Shown: piece after piece, positions 46,501-58,584 of the stretch
How positions within the stretch are numbered: position 1 is the first letter of the stretch
How the letters are laid out: each line of letters begins with the position of its first letter
Assembly: GCA_040954595.2 (NCBI GenBank)
Contig: CM082588.2
Span: 1,231,935 to 1,295,934 of the forward strand
DNA: 64,000 nucleotides
Origin: Balanoglossus misakiensis
Lineage: Eukaryota > Animalia > Hemichordata
Direction of reading: 5' to 3'
Made by a program: the position numbers and the translations under genes
The notes under the pieces: generated by a model
What the model was told of the DNA's origin: nothing
What the model saw: the letters and a program-made list of their open reading frames with translations, nothing else
Databases searched by the model: none

Positions 46501-46691
46501 CTGTGACAAATTCAGATCATTACTGTCACTGACATGTAAACAACAATTTTACAATTAGGAAATCGTTGACCTCCACTTGAAAAGGTCAGACATTACGTAA
46601 ACACAGCCCAGATATCATTAACACCGGGTGTTTAAAAAGCAAATGTACTACTACTTGCTTTCCCTACCTTCAACATGTTGGACGACGCCAT
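40584..46691 (-). CDS. CUL5: Cullin-5
   Basis: MASSNMLK|DKNMLVFEDKWDNMRP, QLVIGVRESY, ESKCPELLANYCDMLLRKTPLSKKL, NKDVFMRFHKAHLTRRL, HSGRKLQWHHLMSNG, RTQEAIVKIMKMRK (neddylation region), C-terminal FIYMA*; GT-AG exons. Confidence 0.98.
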
Positions 46692-46911
46692 CTTGCCTCT
46701 TCAATCTCGTTGCTTTTCTCGCGATACATACAGGTCACGAACATGAAAAAAAATAAGAAAACATAAAGAAACACTTCATTTTTCCCTACGAAGCAAAATT
46801 ATTATCAAAAGTTTAAACTCTTAAAAAGGAATATGCTTGCATCGTACTTAATCTCACTCTATGACATTTTATGTCGAAGGTCAAGTCAGGTCGAGTAGAC
46901 ATATTTTCAAA
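46692..46911. promoter_or_regulatory. Bidirectional promoter region between CUL5 and VBP1
   Basis: ATGs are 220 bp apart and divergent; TCTCGCGATA (CGCG/BANP-type element) at 46717-26; YY1-like AAGATGGCG and AAAATGGCGG overlap the two start codons. Confidence 0.75.
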
Positions 46912-49900
46912 ATGGCGGAAGATAAGAAGGAACATGGTGGTATTCCCCGTGCAACATTTGTGGTAAGTTAAGCAATGATTATTGTGTTAGAATGTATTTG
47001 ATTCGATGGATTCATATATAACTTATGGAGCCGTATTTATAGCAGTTTCTGATCAAATGGGGTTGGGCGGGTCGTTTGTTTTACGTCTGTGTGTTTCACT
47101 CGTGTCATGTCATGTCAGTTTCCCACACGCTGTTTGGTATTGGAGTCTCCTTGTTGAGGACAGATGTGCAGCAATCAAAACCTCCGAGCTACGACATTAA
47201 AGTGACACGTCCGAGAGGACATTAACCCCATCATTGTTTTACTTACCATAAAATGAACTCTTCAAATGCACACCTATGACTGTTGATGCTGCCTTATTTA
47301 CATTGGTTGCCATACATACATGTAATGTCAAGGAAAGGTAACACTGCATATGATGCTGTGTGGATAAGCATGTGATCATGTGATTGACTTGAAGGGGATG
47401 CAAGATATTTCACTTTTCTTGTTAGTAGGGGTGTCAGGCACTGGCGGGTCATCTTGTATACAGCCAAAGAAAGCTAAGATATAAACATTTGCTGTTTTGT
47501 TACCTATTTTACAGGAAGATGTTGATAAATTCATGTCTGAAGCGCAGAATGAGTCTGCGGAGAAAGTCTTGCAAGCAATGGATGAGCAGCATCAGAAGTA
47601 CAAGTTTATGGAACTTAATTTAACACAGAGGAAAAAGAGGTAAGGTTTCGTTTTCGTCATCAAACAAAAACTTGTTTGTGCCAACAAGTGTTTGTTTATC
47701 ATAATGTTATTCAGCAGCATTTATTTCATTTTTATTCTAATGCTTTTAAAGTGTGTCGATTTTCATTTAATCGCATCTGTTAAAGTCTATAATATCTACC
47801 AGTGAAAAATGTTGCTGTGCTTTCCCATAAGACTTGAAGATCTAACTGGTTACATGTGTATTTTTTCCTAGGCTTTTAATCCAATTACCAGATACCAAGA
47901 GCACTTTAGATATCGTGAAGCTTCTTCAAAGTAAAAAGGTAAGAGTGACTTTTGACATTTATTAACCGTAGTTATATATTTTTAATTATTCTCGACATTG
48001 TTTGAAGAGCCATTGGCTCAACAGTCTGTCGAGATTAATTAAAGTACAATAAACTAATATAATAAAATAAGATTATACAGTAAATTAAATTGATCACATC
48101 ATTACAAAATACACCCTTTTCATAATAAGTCTAATGCCCTCATACGACCATATTTTAAACTTGTACAAGTAAAAACAGCAGGGTTTACATCTCTAGTCTT
48201 TTGAGGGCGTTGTGACTTGCAGTTGCTGGCCCTATAATGATTAACACAAGCCTGTTTTCTGGCTGAGGGTGGCGATGCTAGATTGATGGGGTCACTCTAT
48301 GTCATTCTGATTCTGAAAATGAATTTTTCCATAATGAATACAGATTATGTTTTTACTTTCTACTGAATAAACCACCATGTAACAGTGTCAGTTCTCTGAC
48401 GCAGCAACGAAAGTCTATGAACTGCATTGTCTTTTTTCACTTCAGTCAATCAATGGTGCTGATCTACCTCTTTTCCAAGATAATGCCAGAAATTACTTTG
48501 TCGAAATAACCATCATTTGTGTTGTTCATCTCGCAGGACTCCACTGAACCCCTGCAAACCCATTTCCTGCTTGCTGAACAAGTATACGGCAAAGCATCAG
48601 TTGAACCAACGGACAAAGTATGCCTTTGGTTAGGGGTGAGTTGCTTCATTTCTTGGGAGAAGAATATATATGTTCTCTTCATTCTCGATTATCCATATCC
48701 ACTACACTGTATCTTTCTTTCAATAAAATTAAATTTACATGGATATAGCTCTTAGTCTTCACTGGTGGTGTAACCCTGTCATCAAATGTGTAATGACCAT
48801 CGTTATTGTTGGCAAATGAAGTCCAATTTTCAGCAATAACGACACTTATCTGTACCTACAGTGCAGATTAGAACAAATTTCCAGCTGGTTAACAATGTAC
48901 CTCTGGGGATAAGCAGTAATCTTGTGTTAAATTACTACCATTTTCTAAGCTCGACCTTTAAAATGTAGTATCTGATAGTCATTTTATCATACCATGGAAA
49001 TTTTCGTTATATGGTGGCTATCAGTGTCAATATTCTCCCTCCAGACCTGAATATTTTAACCCTCATTAGTTTTGTACCTGAGTTCATGGTGAGTTTCATC
49101 GTCAGTATTAATATTAGGAAAATTGCAGCTACTCTATTACTAGTATTAGACAATCCAGGGAGAACACTGACTGTGCCTAATTAATTGGCAAAGGAATTGT
49201 AATTTGACTGGATATGAATCAGCCTTACCTTTATTTTGTTTTCACATTGTAACAAAAAATAAGGCCATAAGAAACAAACAATGCCACCCTAATATTTGCA
49301 AAAGCAGTTATGAAACTCCTTGTTTGAAAACAGCTGGCTCAAATACAGTATATAAAACTGATCAGAAAAAGAGAAAAATTCCTGAATCTAACAAAGGTCG
49401 TTTCTTTGCGGTGAACATATTGATATATGTTTGTTAAATTCAGCTAAAAGCTCACCTCACAATTAAAATATTACAAGTACAAGCAGAACGCCTCTGGGAA
49501 CATAGGAAGTACCACACAAAGGCGGGCCATTTAGATTCAGGTTAAAGCCTTTTATTAGAGAAATAAGCAGCCTAAGTGGTCCAATAATTGAATTCCACAC
49601 TTTAATATCAGAATTCCATTTGGCCCTGTGTGTGCTTTCTGGGGAAACATGGAAATCCAACTGGGTTTTTTTTTCTTATCAGAGTGCTGATTGGTTTGTG
49701 AGCGTTGGTAGGTTGGGGCTTATTGTTCATGCATCATAGAGAGAGGTTTGTTCACAAGTGAAGGTGTTAAATCTATATTGACATACCAGCAACTGTGAAT
49801 CGCGAATGGTATTTTAATTTATTCATGGTATTGAGTGTGCTTTTTCTGTTAATGTCAATTTTGCGGAATGAGACTTCTCATTTCATCAGTGTTTGATGTT

Positions 49901-52656
49901 CCATGCACTGGAGTGGTACGTTTTTCCACGAGATTTCTCCGTTGGAATACGTAGAGTTTGATATTCCATGCGCTAGAATGGTACATTTCTACAGCTGACT
50001 GCACCAAGTGGAATATGACTCTCTTCTCCTGAATGCACAGATGTATGTGTCAGTTTCATGATGGATCACTGAATATACTACACAGCTGTTCTACATTTCC
50101 ACAAACTTATCTGTGTCCACGGAAAAAATCAGGGCAGTCTAGTTCTGTAAGGCACCCAGTTCCCACAACCTCTACTCCATTGTTGAATTTTGTTCATGCT
50201 GCCGATGAAAGAAGAGGAAGTCAGTCAGCAGATGGCTTCCTGAGCTCTGCCATTTTTGAACGACTCAGGAAGAATTAATTCCAAAGCAGCACTTCATACC
50301 TGAATTATTCAACAGCTGATCAAAATTCTGATCATTTCTGTAGACCGATCTCCATCGTTTTAATTTGCATCGCTAAAACACTTGGTTGCTGATGATGGTT
50401 TTCCGAAGGAAACTTTCCAGGCTGGTGCGAAGTGTTGTGTTTGCAGCTTCAGTGTGGTTTGTCATCTTTTTGTTTTTGGCCGCTGTGAATCAGACTGTGA
50501 ATGAAGTTTCAGACAAAGAGGTTCAGAGGCTGTACAATAATTACAAGGCCTTGAAGTCACCTAATGATGCACAGGCTGGCTTGTTTGAAGTGGATTTGAA
50601 CAATCCACCATTCTGGAAAGCTCGAGAAGATCGTCCTTCGAAGTTGCAAAAACTGACACCGGAAAAGGGCCAAGGAGGAACACTTCCTAGTCATCCACAA
50701 CAACTGAGAGATGAAACCGTCTTCCGTACTTATGAATCAGTTACAGAACTTGGAGGAGGACTCAATGCTTTGCAAGATCAAAGAGAGAGTTTTATTCACC
50801 AAAGACACAAAAATGAGACTTTGTCTGTACAGGAGCATTTGCATACTAAACAGAACAGCAGGTTATGCATGTATGTAATGCACACCCACCTGGGAAAACA
50901 TGTCACCAAGTTTGTCATGGATTACTTCCGGTACTTTTCCCGGGAATACAGCAATGTTTCCTGGTGCGAGAACCAGCCATGGAAGCGACCACCCACCCTG
51001 GATCCAGTGTGTGAACGGCCACAATCGATGATCGAGCAAACCCTGTTGCAAATCAAAGTGAAGCTCGGTCACAACAAATGCCAAGGGCTCCGCATGATGT
51101 ATGACTACAGTGTGATCGACAGAGCTCTAAGTGGCTTGCGGGATGACTTCCAACTGGTCTTGGTGATGCGAGATCCGGTACAGCGTGTCATTGACTCCTA
51201 TCAAATGTTTCCCTACAAAAGCCGGACAAATCTTAAGACGTTTGTAGAGGATCTTGTAAGCATGACAAAATATGAAAAGTACACGGCCCATAATCTTCAG
51301 ACCAAGCAACTGGCAGGGATCATGAACCATTGCTCACAGTACTCAGAAATCAGAAAACAGGAAATTAACAGAAATCTGCTCAGTATTGCCAAAGAAAACA
51401 TGGACAAATTTGATGCAATATTTATCATAGATAAGCTCGATCTATCACTGGATATTTTTGAGAGAAAGTACAAGTGGCCGAGGCGTGACAGTAGGGTTGT
51501 GGCCATGGCAACAGAAATGATGAACGCTGATAGGAAAATGGAGAATTCAGTGAAAATTAGTGAAAAAGAGCGGAACATCATTAGGCAATGGCACAACCTT
51601 GACATTGAACTGTACCGGTATGCTGTGGAGAAACTTTCCACTAGAACTGGAAATGGTGGGGCATTTCCTGCCAAGATGTATGTGGAGAATGAAAATTAGT
51701 TATATCTAAAGTGCAGATCGATGCTGAAGTTCCAAATGGGGTCACCTCTGCACAGATGTCTGTACACCTTTTGTAACATTGTGGATGAGATGTGTATTTT
51801 GTCTAAATGGAAGACATACTGAAAATAAATGAATTTATGAATAAACTCTCTTGTCTGCCATATCTTGTATTTTAAAGTATGTAGGAATATGAGATAAAAA
51901 CTATTGCAAGAACCTAGTCATTCAAAGTAACAAAATTATCTGGTTTACGAATAATGAAATCTTGATCCACTGACAAGTTGGCGGTACCAGGTGTCTGCAA
52001 CAATAATCTTACATCCCAGAGGACCTTTGAGAAAATTTCTCTCAATAGTGAAGGACATTTTAAAATATCCCTAATGAGCGCGAGAAATCTTAGCCTAGGT
52101 CCTTTGGGTGTGACAGTCTGTTTCTCAAATGACCTCGTAGCAGTAATTTGTTTAATTGCACCAGTCTTTCTTGCATTGGCAGTAATGATCAATTAATTTA
52201 TTTATATTATTTTCCACTGAACAGGCTAATGTGATGTTGGAGTACGACTTGGACGAAGCCAGAAAATTACTCGAGTCGAATGTGGAAGCTGCAAAGAAAG
52301 CTTTGAAGGGAGTGGAGGAAGACTTAGATTATCTGAAAGACCAATATACCACTACTGAAGTCAGTATCCTTATCAGACCATTGCAGTGCACTTGTAATGC
52401 AGTGATAGTCTCGCTCTGTCTTTGACAGATCACAGCTTCTTCTTGTTCGGCCTTTGGGCTACATACATACATACATACCCTAGGGGCGAGCTCACCATTC
52501 TGTTCAAACAGACAGTGCCATTGTTTGACATTGTTTTGTGAATGAAAGCAGTTTGTCTGTATAATTCCTTAACCAGTATTCCTTCCAGATATGGCACGGG
52601 TCTATAATTGGGACGTCAAGAGACGACAAAGTCTTGCAACAAAAGGATCATCCTAG
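46912..52656 (+). CDS. VBP1: Prefoldin subunit 3 / VHL-binding protein 1
   Basis: Exons 46912-46962, 47515-47639, 47872-47938, 48537-48635, 52225-52363, 52589-52656; motifs GIPRATFVEDV, QKYKFME, VCLWLGANVMLEY, TTEVNMARVYNWDVKRR. Confidence 0.97.
50392..51699 (+). CDS. Intronless type II membrane sulfotransferase-like protein (HS6ST/Sulfotransfer_2-like) nested in VBP1 intron 4
   Basis: N-terminal basic tail and TM helix; 3'-PB motif MRDPVQRVIDSY; NLQTKQLAG, AKENM..F, HNLDIELYRYA; AATAAA at 51824 and 51840. Confidence 0.85.
   Translation: MMVFRRKLSRLVRSVVFAASVWFVIFLFLAAVNQTVNEVSDKEVQRLYNNYKALKSPNDAQAGLFEVDLNNPPFWKAREDRPSKLQKLTPEKGQGGTLPSHPQQLRDETVFRTYESVTELGGGLNALQDQRESFIHQRHKNETLSVQEHLHTKQNSRLCMYVMHTHLGKHVTKFVMDYFRYFSREYSNVSWCENQPWKRPPTLDPVCERPQSMIEQTLLQIKVKLGHNKCQGLRMMYDYSVIDRALSGLRDDFQLVLVMRDPVQRVIDSYQMFPYKSRTNLKTFVEDLVSMTKYEKYTAHNLQTKQLAGIMNHCSQYSEIRKQEINRNLLSIAKENMDKFDAIFIIDKLDLSLDIFERKYKWPRRDSRVVAMATEMMNADRKMENSVKISEKERNIIRQWHNLDIELYRYAVEKLSTRTGNGGAFPAKMYVENEN
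52364..52588 (+). other. U12-type GT-AG intron in VBP1
   Basis: 5' site GTATCCTT; perfect branch TTCCTTAAC 52565-73; splicing gives TTEV-N-MARVYNW. Confidence 0.93.
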
Positions 52657-53973
52657 AAGCTACTTATGAAAATTATCTCCAGTTTAGTTTCCAGTGAAAT
52701 GCCAGCAATTTTCCAGAGTTTTCACAGATTTGACTCTTGGTACCTCATCATGGGAAGATATATCATTAATTTTGCCACATTTCACATCATCCAACGTTGC
52801 TTCAATAATTTATTTCTGTTTCGATGTTATTAATCCCTGTCAACACTTTTGCTTCTGTTATTCCAAACAGATAGGGGATTTCATGTGCCCCATCAAGAAA
52901 TATGTCCCTTTAACCTTTGAACCCTGAACCCTGGTGATCTATGACATTCTGAGCTGGGTTCAAAGGGCTAACAACAATTATTGAAGCTTGGATCAGTATA
53001 GATGTGTAATCTTTGGGAGAGAAAAAATGCAGTTTCATTAGCGTCCTTGACTGATATTGTTTACATATATCACTATATTTTGTACTTTTGTTTGTGAAAT
53101 AAATGCATTTTAACATGGCAGAATTCTAGTCTGGAGACATTTCATGCCTATGACTTATTTTGTGTGTATGATGTGATTAATTTTAAAGGACAATGATTGG
53201 ACAATAGACGCCTAGATACTAGGCTTTCTCAAAACGTGTCAAGTGACAGGAAGTACGTCGAATGCAACACCAGAGGTGTAGTGATGTCCTGGAGAAAGCA
53301 GTATGATGACCAGCATAGATTTTCTCTCACGCTCACATGAGATAAAATATCTCCCAACTCGTGTGAGGAATGTAACCCCCTGGTCCTAGGTGTTAGAGCT
53401 AGATTCTATTGGTCTTATATATGTGATTGACGAACATATTGCGTCTGAGTGTAGTGTCGTGGGCAGTCATCTGGAGGATTTTCGATTTAAAAGAAACTTT
53501 CCAGTAAGCCTTGAAAAAATATTTTGTCTTCGTTCTGCCACGCCCATTTTCCCCGACTCCCCCCGATAGCAAATAAGTTTATACCCCAATGACGTGACTG
53601 GGTATGACGTCTTTCAACTAACGCCACAAAACGGCGTTAACAGTCACACTGCCTGGCGTGGGTATTACGTGGGTGAGGCTATTTAGCATATTTCATTTTA
53701 AAAGAAGGTGTAACTCCTCAGTTTCGCCAGTATTGTCGATGAGCTCATTTCCATCAAGTGAGCTCAGCATTAATCTCATCACTGTCTGTCACAAGCACTC
53801 TATCTCTCGTTGACAAATCGGGCAGTGCAACAGTGCTTTGCATCGAAACAGAAGAATATGCGCCAATGCATGGCGTAACTGTGATGCTCTGGTCAGATCT
53901 TCGGGAGTAATTATCGGGGGTAGACTCATCCGGTCATCGTTTCGTGAAGCCTTTGTCGGACTTCTCTGTTACA

Positions 53974-55077
53974 ATGAGTAACAGTACAGAGACAGCATTT
54001 ACTAGTTGGAAACGTCTACCGGGAGAAGATTACACCACGTCCGTCGTGTTTGACCAAAAATCACCAGTATTCAACCAGACTTCGCCTATTAATCATGTTA
54101 CTGTATTCAACCAAGCATCGACTCTTGATAACACCACTTACAAAGAATCCACCGTCGATTTCCTTGATCAACCACACGAACACATCTTAATCATCGCTAC
54201 TTCTGTGATACTTCTGCTGACGATCGTCATCGGTGGCGTTGGCAACGGCGTCGTGTGTCTGCTCATCTTGTCCGTGAAGAAGATGCGCACCGCTTTTAAC
54301 TTTCACGTTTTATTTTTGGCGGTGGCCGACATCCTCGTCTGCATGTTCGCTTCGCCCTTCTTTCTCGCACACACCATCCGTCTTTTACGCCAAAACTACG
54401 ACTACGGACCACGGGAAGAAAGCCTCTGCCGTATACAAGTATTTCTCGGCTATTGTTCCATCTCTATTTCCAACTCTTTGCTAGTGAGCCTAGGCATATG
54501 TCGCGCCATTGCCATTTCGAGGAAATTTCAAGAAAAGACCCTAAATCGTATAATAGGGGCATTTATCAGCACGAGTTACATTATCGGACTGGTGTTTGGA
54601 TACTACAAGAGGAACGAAGGACATTTTAGTGGCTGTTTCGATTTTAGAGCCCAGACCCCGACAGCGGACTATCGTACTCAAGCCGTCATAATTTTATTGG
54701 CTTGTTTCTTCATCATCGTTGTATGTTACAGCATCATCTTCAAGGTAACCCGCCAACATCAGCTGAGCGTTTTACCAGTTCTTCAAGGCCACGGACAGCA
54801 GAGCAGTATCCCAAGGGTCGATATAGCAACAGCGAAAACCGGTTTCATTGTGTCTGGGGCTTATTTTATCACTTTCCTCCCGTTTACTGTGTACGCCATG
54901 GTGATTGTACACGGGTACGGCGAGGACTCGATTTACACAAGTGCGTTTTTCAACGCTCTCGCTTACGGTGGAAGTGCTGTCAACCCTATAATTTATGCTT
55001 TGCGATCGAAAAAGTTCAAGAATTACCTGAAAAGTCGATATAAATGCTTCAAAGTCGCAAATGCGGAATCGTCATGA
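53974..55077 (+). CDS. Intronless orphan rhodopsin-family (class A) GPCR
   Basis: Seven hydrophobic segments, N-terminal N-glycosylation sequons, TM1 GN, TM2 LAVAD, TM3 Cys, TM7 NPIIY, helix 8 KKFK; first ATG at 53974. Confidence 0.92.
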   Translation: MSNSTETAFTSWKRLPGEDYTTSVVFDQKSPVFNQTSPINHVTVFNQASTLDNTTYKESTVDFLDQPHEHILIIATSVILLLTIVIGGVGNGVVCLLILSVKKMRTAFNFHVLFLAVADILVCMFASPFFLAHTIRLLRQNYDYGPREESLCRIQVFLGYCSISISNSLLVSLGICRAIAISRKFQEKTLNRIIGAFISTSYIIGLVFGYYKRNEGHFSGCFDFRAQTPTADYRTQAVIILLACFFIIVVCYSIIFKVTRQHQLSVLPVLQGHGQQSSIPRVDIATAKTGFIVSGAYFITFLPFTVYAMVIVHGYGEDSIYTSAFFNALAYGGSAVNPIIYALRSKKFKNYLKSRYKCFKVANAESS

Positions 55078-55815
55078 AATTGTAACGTAATAAGTTCTCC
55101 AAAACTGTATGATTTAGGTCTGCGTAATGTGGGGACGTTAGATTTCGAATAAGATTTCTAAGGGAAATGTCAAGGTCTTTTTTACAGACCAGGCTTCGAA
55201 AAATAACAGAGTCTTAATTGGAAATCACACGTTTCATCAGAATATCCCCGGGCCTAATTTGTCGCGATGGTTACGGCAAACAAAAATCTCTCCTTTTCTC
55301 CGTTTAACACCAACCCATCCGATGGTTACCCATGGCTACGGCGGTAGGTTGCCATAGGTACTGATGAGTGTAGGTGTTCACGTGCAAGCTTTTGACAGGC
55401 ATATTTGCGAAAACGTGCATCTTCCTGAAGGATAAGTTACGCAAGAAATGGCCCTGGGAAAGATGCTATAGAGAGGCGCTTCAGACTTACTACGAAAATG
55501 AGCTAAATATAAGCCTAAAAGCAAGGACAATACGAGCTCAATACCAGCTTGAAAAACTACATTCAGCATTTCTTTAGGCCTGTGTTTTGGTGAGTAAAAC
55601 AAGAAACCACAGTTGATACCTGAAACAAAAATATCTGGCATATTTTGCTAAAATACGGCCTATTATTGTAAAGACCCTGCTGCAGAAAACTGGCACAGTT
55701 GGGATTCAGAATGAATCCGAATCCAGATAGACAAGGTTAAAGGTCATATAGAGCGTGTATGTGTGGACGCGTGGGAGATCGTCGAAGAGTTTTGCACGGA
55801 ATATAGACTGGAAAA

Positions 55816-57882
55816 ATGTCGTCTTTGAGGAAAGCAGCAAAGTCAGGCCAGAGAACACACAGGGAGCGTGGACAGGTAAATATAACGAGCGATTTCGATT
55901 GCCGACACGCGTTTAATGCGAATAATGGATCACATATTGTCAACTACATTGTACGAATGTTTGGACCTTGCCATGCATGGTTCCCCATCGATCTTTTCCT
56001 CGATCGACGCTGTGTCGCAGGGGAAAACTTATAGATTGTGTAAATCTCGGTCCGTTGATGTGCCCTCGCACACTGTGGTCCTCTTTTCCGCTTTATACTG
56101 CGGGTGACAACCCAGTAAAACATTTACCCCATATCATATGTGTTGAGGATGTAAAGCGCCCTCACAGAACCAATAACTGAAAAAATATGAAACGTTTTTA
56201 CAACATGCTATCTGATCCCTGTGGTCTTACTTTGATATTTTCATCAGACTTCCAACAGACAACACCTTGGTCTTTTGGAGAAGAAAAAGGACTACAAACT
56301 TCGTGCAAGGTATGTCGTTGGAGATTAGTGTTATTTTGCTTCCTGATCTGTATGTTCAAAGTCAGAAAATCTTGCAAACTTTTTCAGTTTTCATACTTTT
56401 CTGCATTACCCGGTTTGTGTTGATTACTTCACTTTTATTATTGAGGGTTGTATTAATGTGAATGTGTGCATGTCATTAATTTCTCAGAGACTTCCACAAG
56501 AAAGAGGACTATTTGAAACGTTTAAAGAAGAAAGCCCTAGACAAAAACCCGGAAGAGTTTTACTACAAAATGGTGAATTCCAAATTAGTGGTAAGTCACA
56601 CAGGAAGCTCTGCCTTAGCAACAAGAATGATCTGGAAACACTGGAAACTGCTGTGGTATGTCTTATGTGCTAAATTATTCTATCCTGATACAGCATGCAG
56701 TTTTTTTGCTAAGGGTGGTACCCGGTTTATTGTTTGACTTTTCAGGATGGCGTTCACAGAGCCAAAGAAAAGGACGAAGTGGTCACAGATGAACAGAAGA
56801 AGTTATTACAGTCACAAGATTTGAAGTACATCACCTTCAAGAAAGTATTGGAATCCAAGGTACCTATGCAAGCCCTGTACCAATATTGTGTTTTCATGGA
56901 TTTTGCCGCGTATTGGTGATTAGACTCCTGGTCCTGTTTTTATCTGAATGCATGTTTTATCTTGATTTTCTTGACCTCTTTGTAGAAAATAGACAAGCTC
57001 AAAGCGAATCTCCACCTACTGGAGGAAAGTGAAGAAAAACCAAAGAACAAACACACATTCTTTGTAGATAGTGACAAAGAAGGTAAGGCCTTGTTCATTG
57101 CTAAAGTATATGCCGATGGTAGCTAGTGTCAGTGGTGCTATTTTAACCATTTGTCTCCAATGATAGAGAATTGAATGTAAGCAAAATGGTCACATACAAA
57201 ACATTTATTATGTTGGAAATTCTTGACAATAAAGCAGTTATTTTAAATGTTTTGTTGTCATTGATTTTGTATTGCACAGCAAAAAGATTTGATCCAGCGA
57301 AGCAGCTGAACACACTTCCAGAACTGTTACCAAGGCGATATAATCGGCCAACCAAAGAGATGTTACGGAAAGCAAAGATACAAGGAGACATAGATGAAGA
57401 CACATTGGAGGTCGGTATAAAGGTTGCTCTACTTGTTCACCCCATTTCACATTAAAAGTACGGTATCATTTTTGTTACCAATACGTCAATACAGTGTGAG
57501 ATTTTGCTTCTATTCTAATGACTTTTTTTTCCTCTGATACATTTGTGCAGTATTTAGCTAAGAAGAGAAGCAAGCAATACAACGAACTGGGTGCCAGAAT
57601 AGACCGAGAAAAAGAACTGAAAATTGTCATGCAGAAAATGCAAGTTGAGAAAAGCTTGTTGGTGAGTATCTGCTGAACAATGAACAATATATTCTTTCCA
57701 TCATGGGTTCTTAGGCTTTTGTTAAACGAAGATCGAAGAAAAGTGCCTTGCTTCTTGTGGAAGAAATCTTACTGACAATTATATTCTTGTTTTTTTAGGA
57801 CAAGAGGAAAAAGAAAAAAGAGAAAGACGAAACTCCACATTCAGCTGCTGTTTACAAATGGGCAATGCAGAGAAAGAGATAG
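55816..57882 (+). CDS. UTP11: U3 small nucleolar RNA-associated protein 11
   Basis: MSSLRKAAKSGQRTHRERGQ, HLGLLEKKKDYKLRA, KKALDKNPEEFYYKM, SQDLKY, KHTFFVD, RYNRP, C-terminal YKWAMQRKR*; GT-AG exons. Confidence 0.96.
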
Positions 57883-58431
57883 CATCATTTATTTTGTGAT
57901 TTTTAGAATGATCTCTGAGCTGACTGGATCAGTCTGTAGTAAACAGTTGCCATAGTAACAGTTGTATACTGTACTGGTTCATCTCGTGCTGATAAATCCA
58001 GTGTCTGCCAATAATTTCTCTCTTGAATCACAGTTTCCTTGATTCAGATAGGCCATTGTCATTATAGTCAATCATTGACATTGATTGTGGAATAAAAGCA
58101 AATGAATAAAATAATATGAATAAATGTTTACTTTTACTTTTTTATGTTGAGTTATGGCATGTTTCTTTTCCCAACGTAACATGTACAGGAAGGGGAGACA
58201 ATATACATAGTTTATTTGTGGTTATTAAAACACTTTCCTGTATAAACATGTATAATGCTAAAGCACTGCCATAATAGAAGAAATAAAGACAATGGTTATT
58301 CATGAATTTTGCAAGCATGCTTTGTAAAAAAAACCCATTCACAATTAGACATGGAGCTACATTCGAAGTTTGAACTGATACAATATAGGTGATCTTCCTC
58401 ACACGACGAATAAGAGAAGGCGAAGTAGATT

Positions 58432-58445
58432 TTTGCACACAGCAC
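58432..58445 (+). promoter_or_regulatory. Metal response element (MTF-1 type) upstream of SOD1
   Basis: TTTGCACACAGCAC contains the core TGCRCNC, ~140 bp before the SOD1 ATG. Confidence 0.5.
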
Positions 58446-58584
58446 GTGGAACCATGTGACAATATTTGTGGGCTGTGACCCCGATACACACGACCTGATT
58501 AAGAGATCCAGCCAACTTGTGTTTGACCAAACATTCATTGGAACCCTGACTGAGCAAGGTGCCAGAATACAAAACTCTACAGTC

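Noticed and set aside
48635-50392. VBP1-sulfotransferase fusion protein
   Set aside because: Splicing 48635 to 50344 is in frame but hits TAA at 50374 before the sulfotransferase ATG.
58429-58584. N-terminal extension of SOD1 (open frame from GTG 58456)
   Set aside because: No ATG, no signal or transit peptide character, and it overlaps promoter motifs; probably chance.
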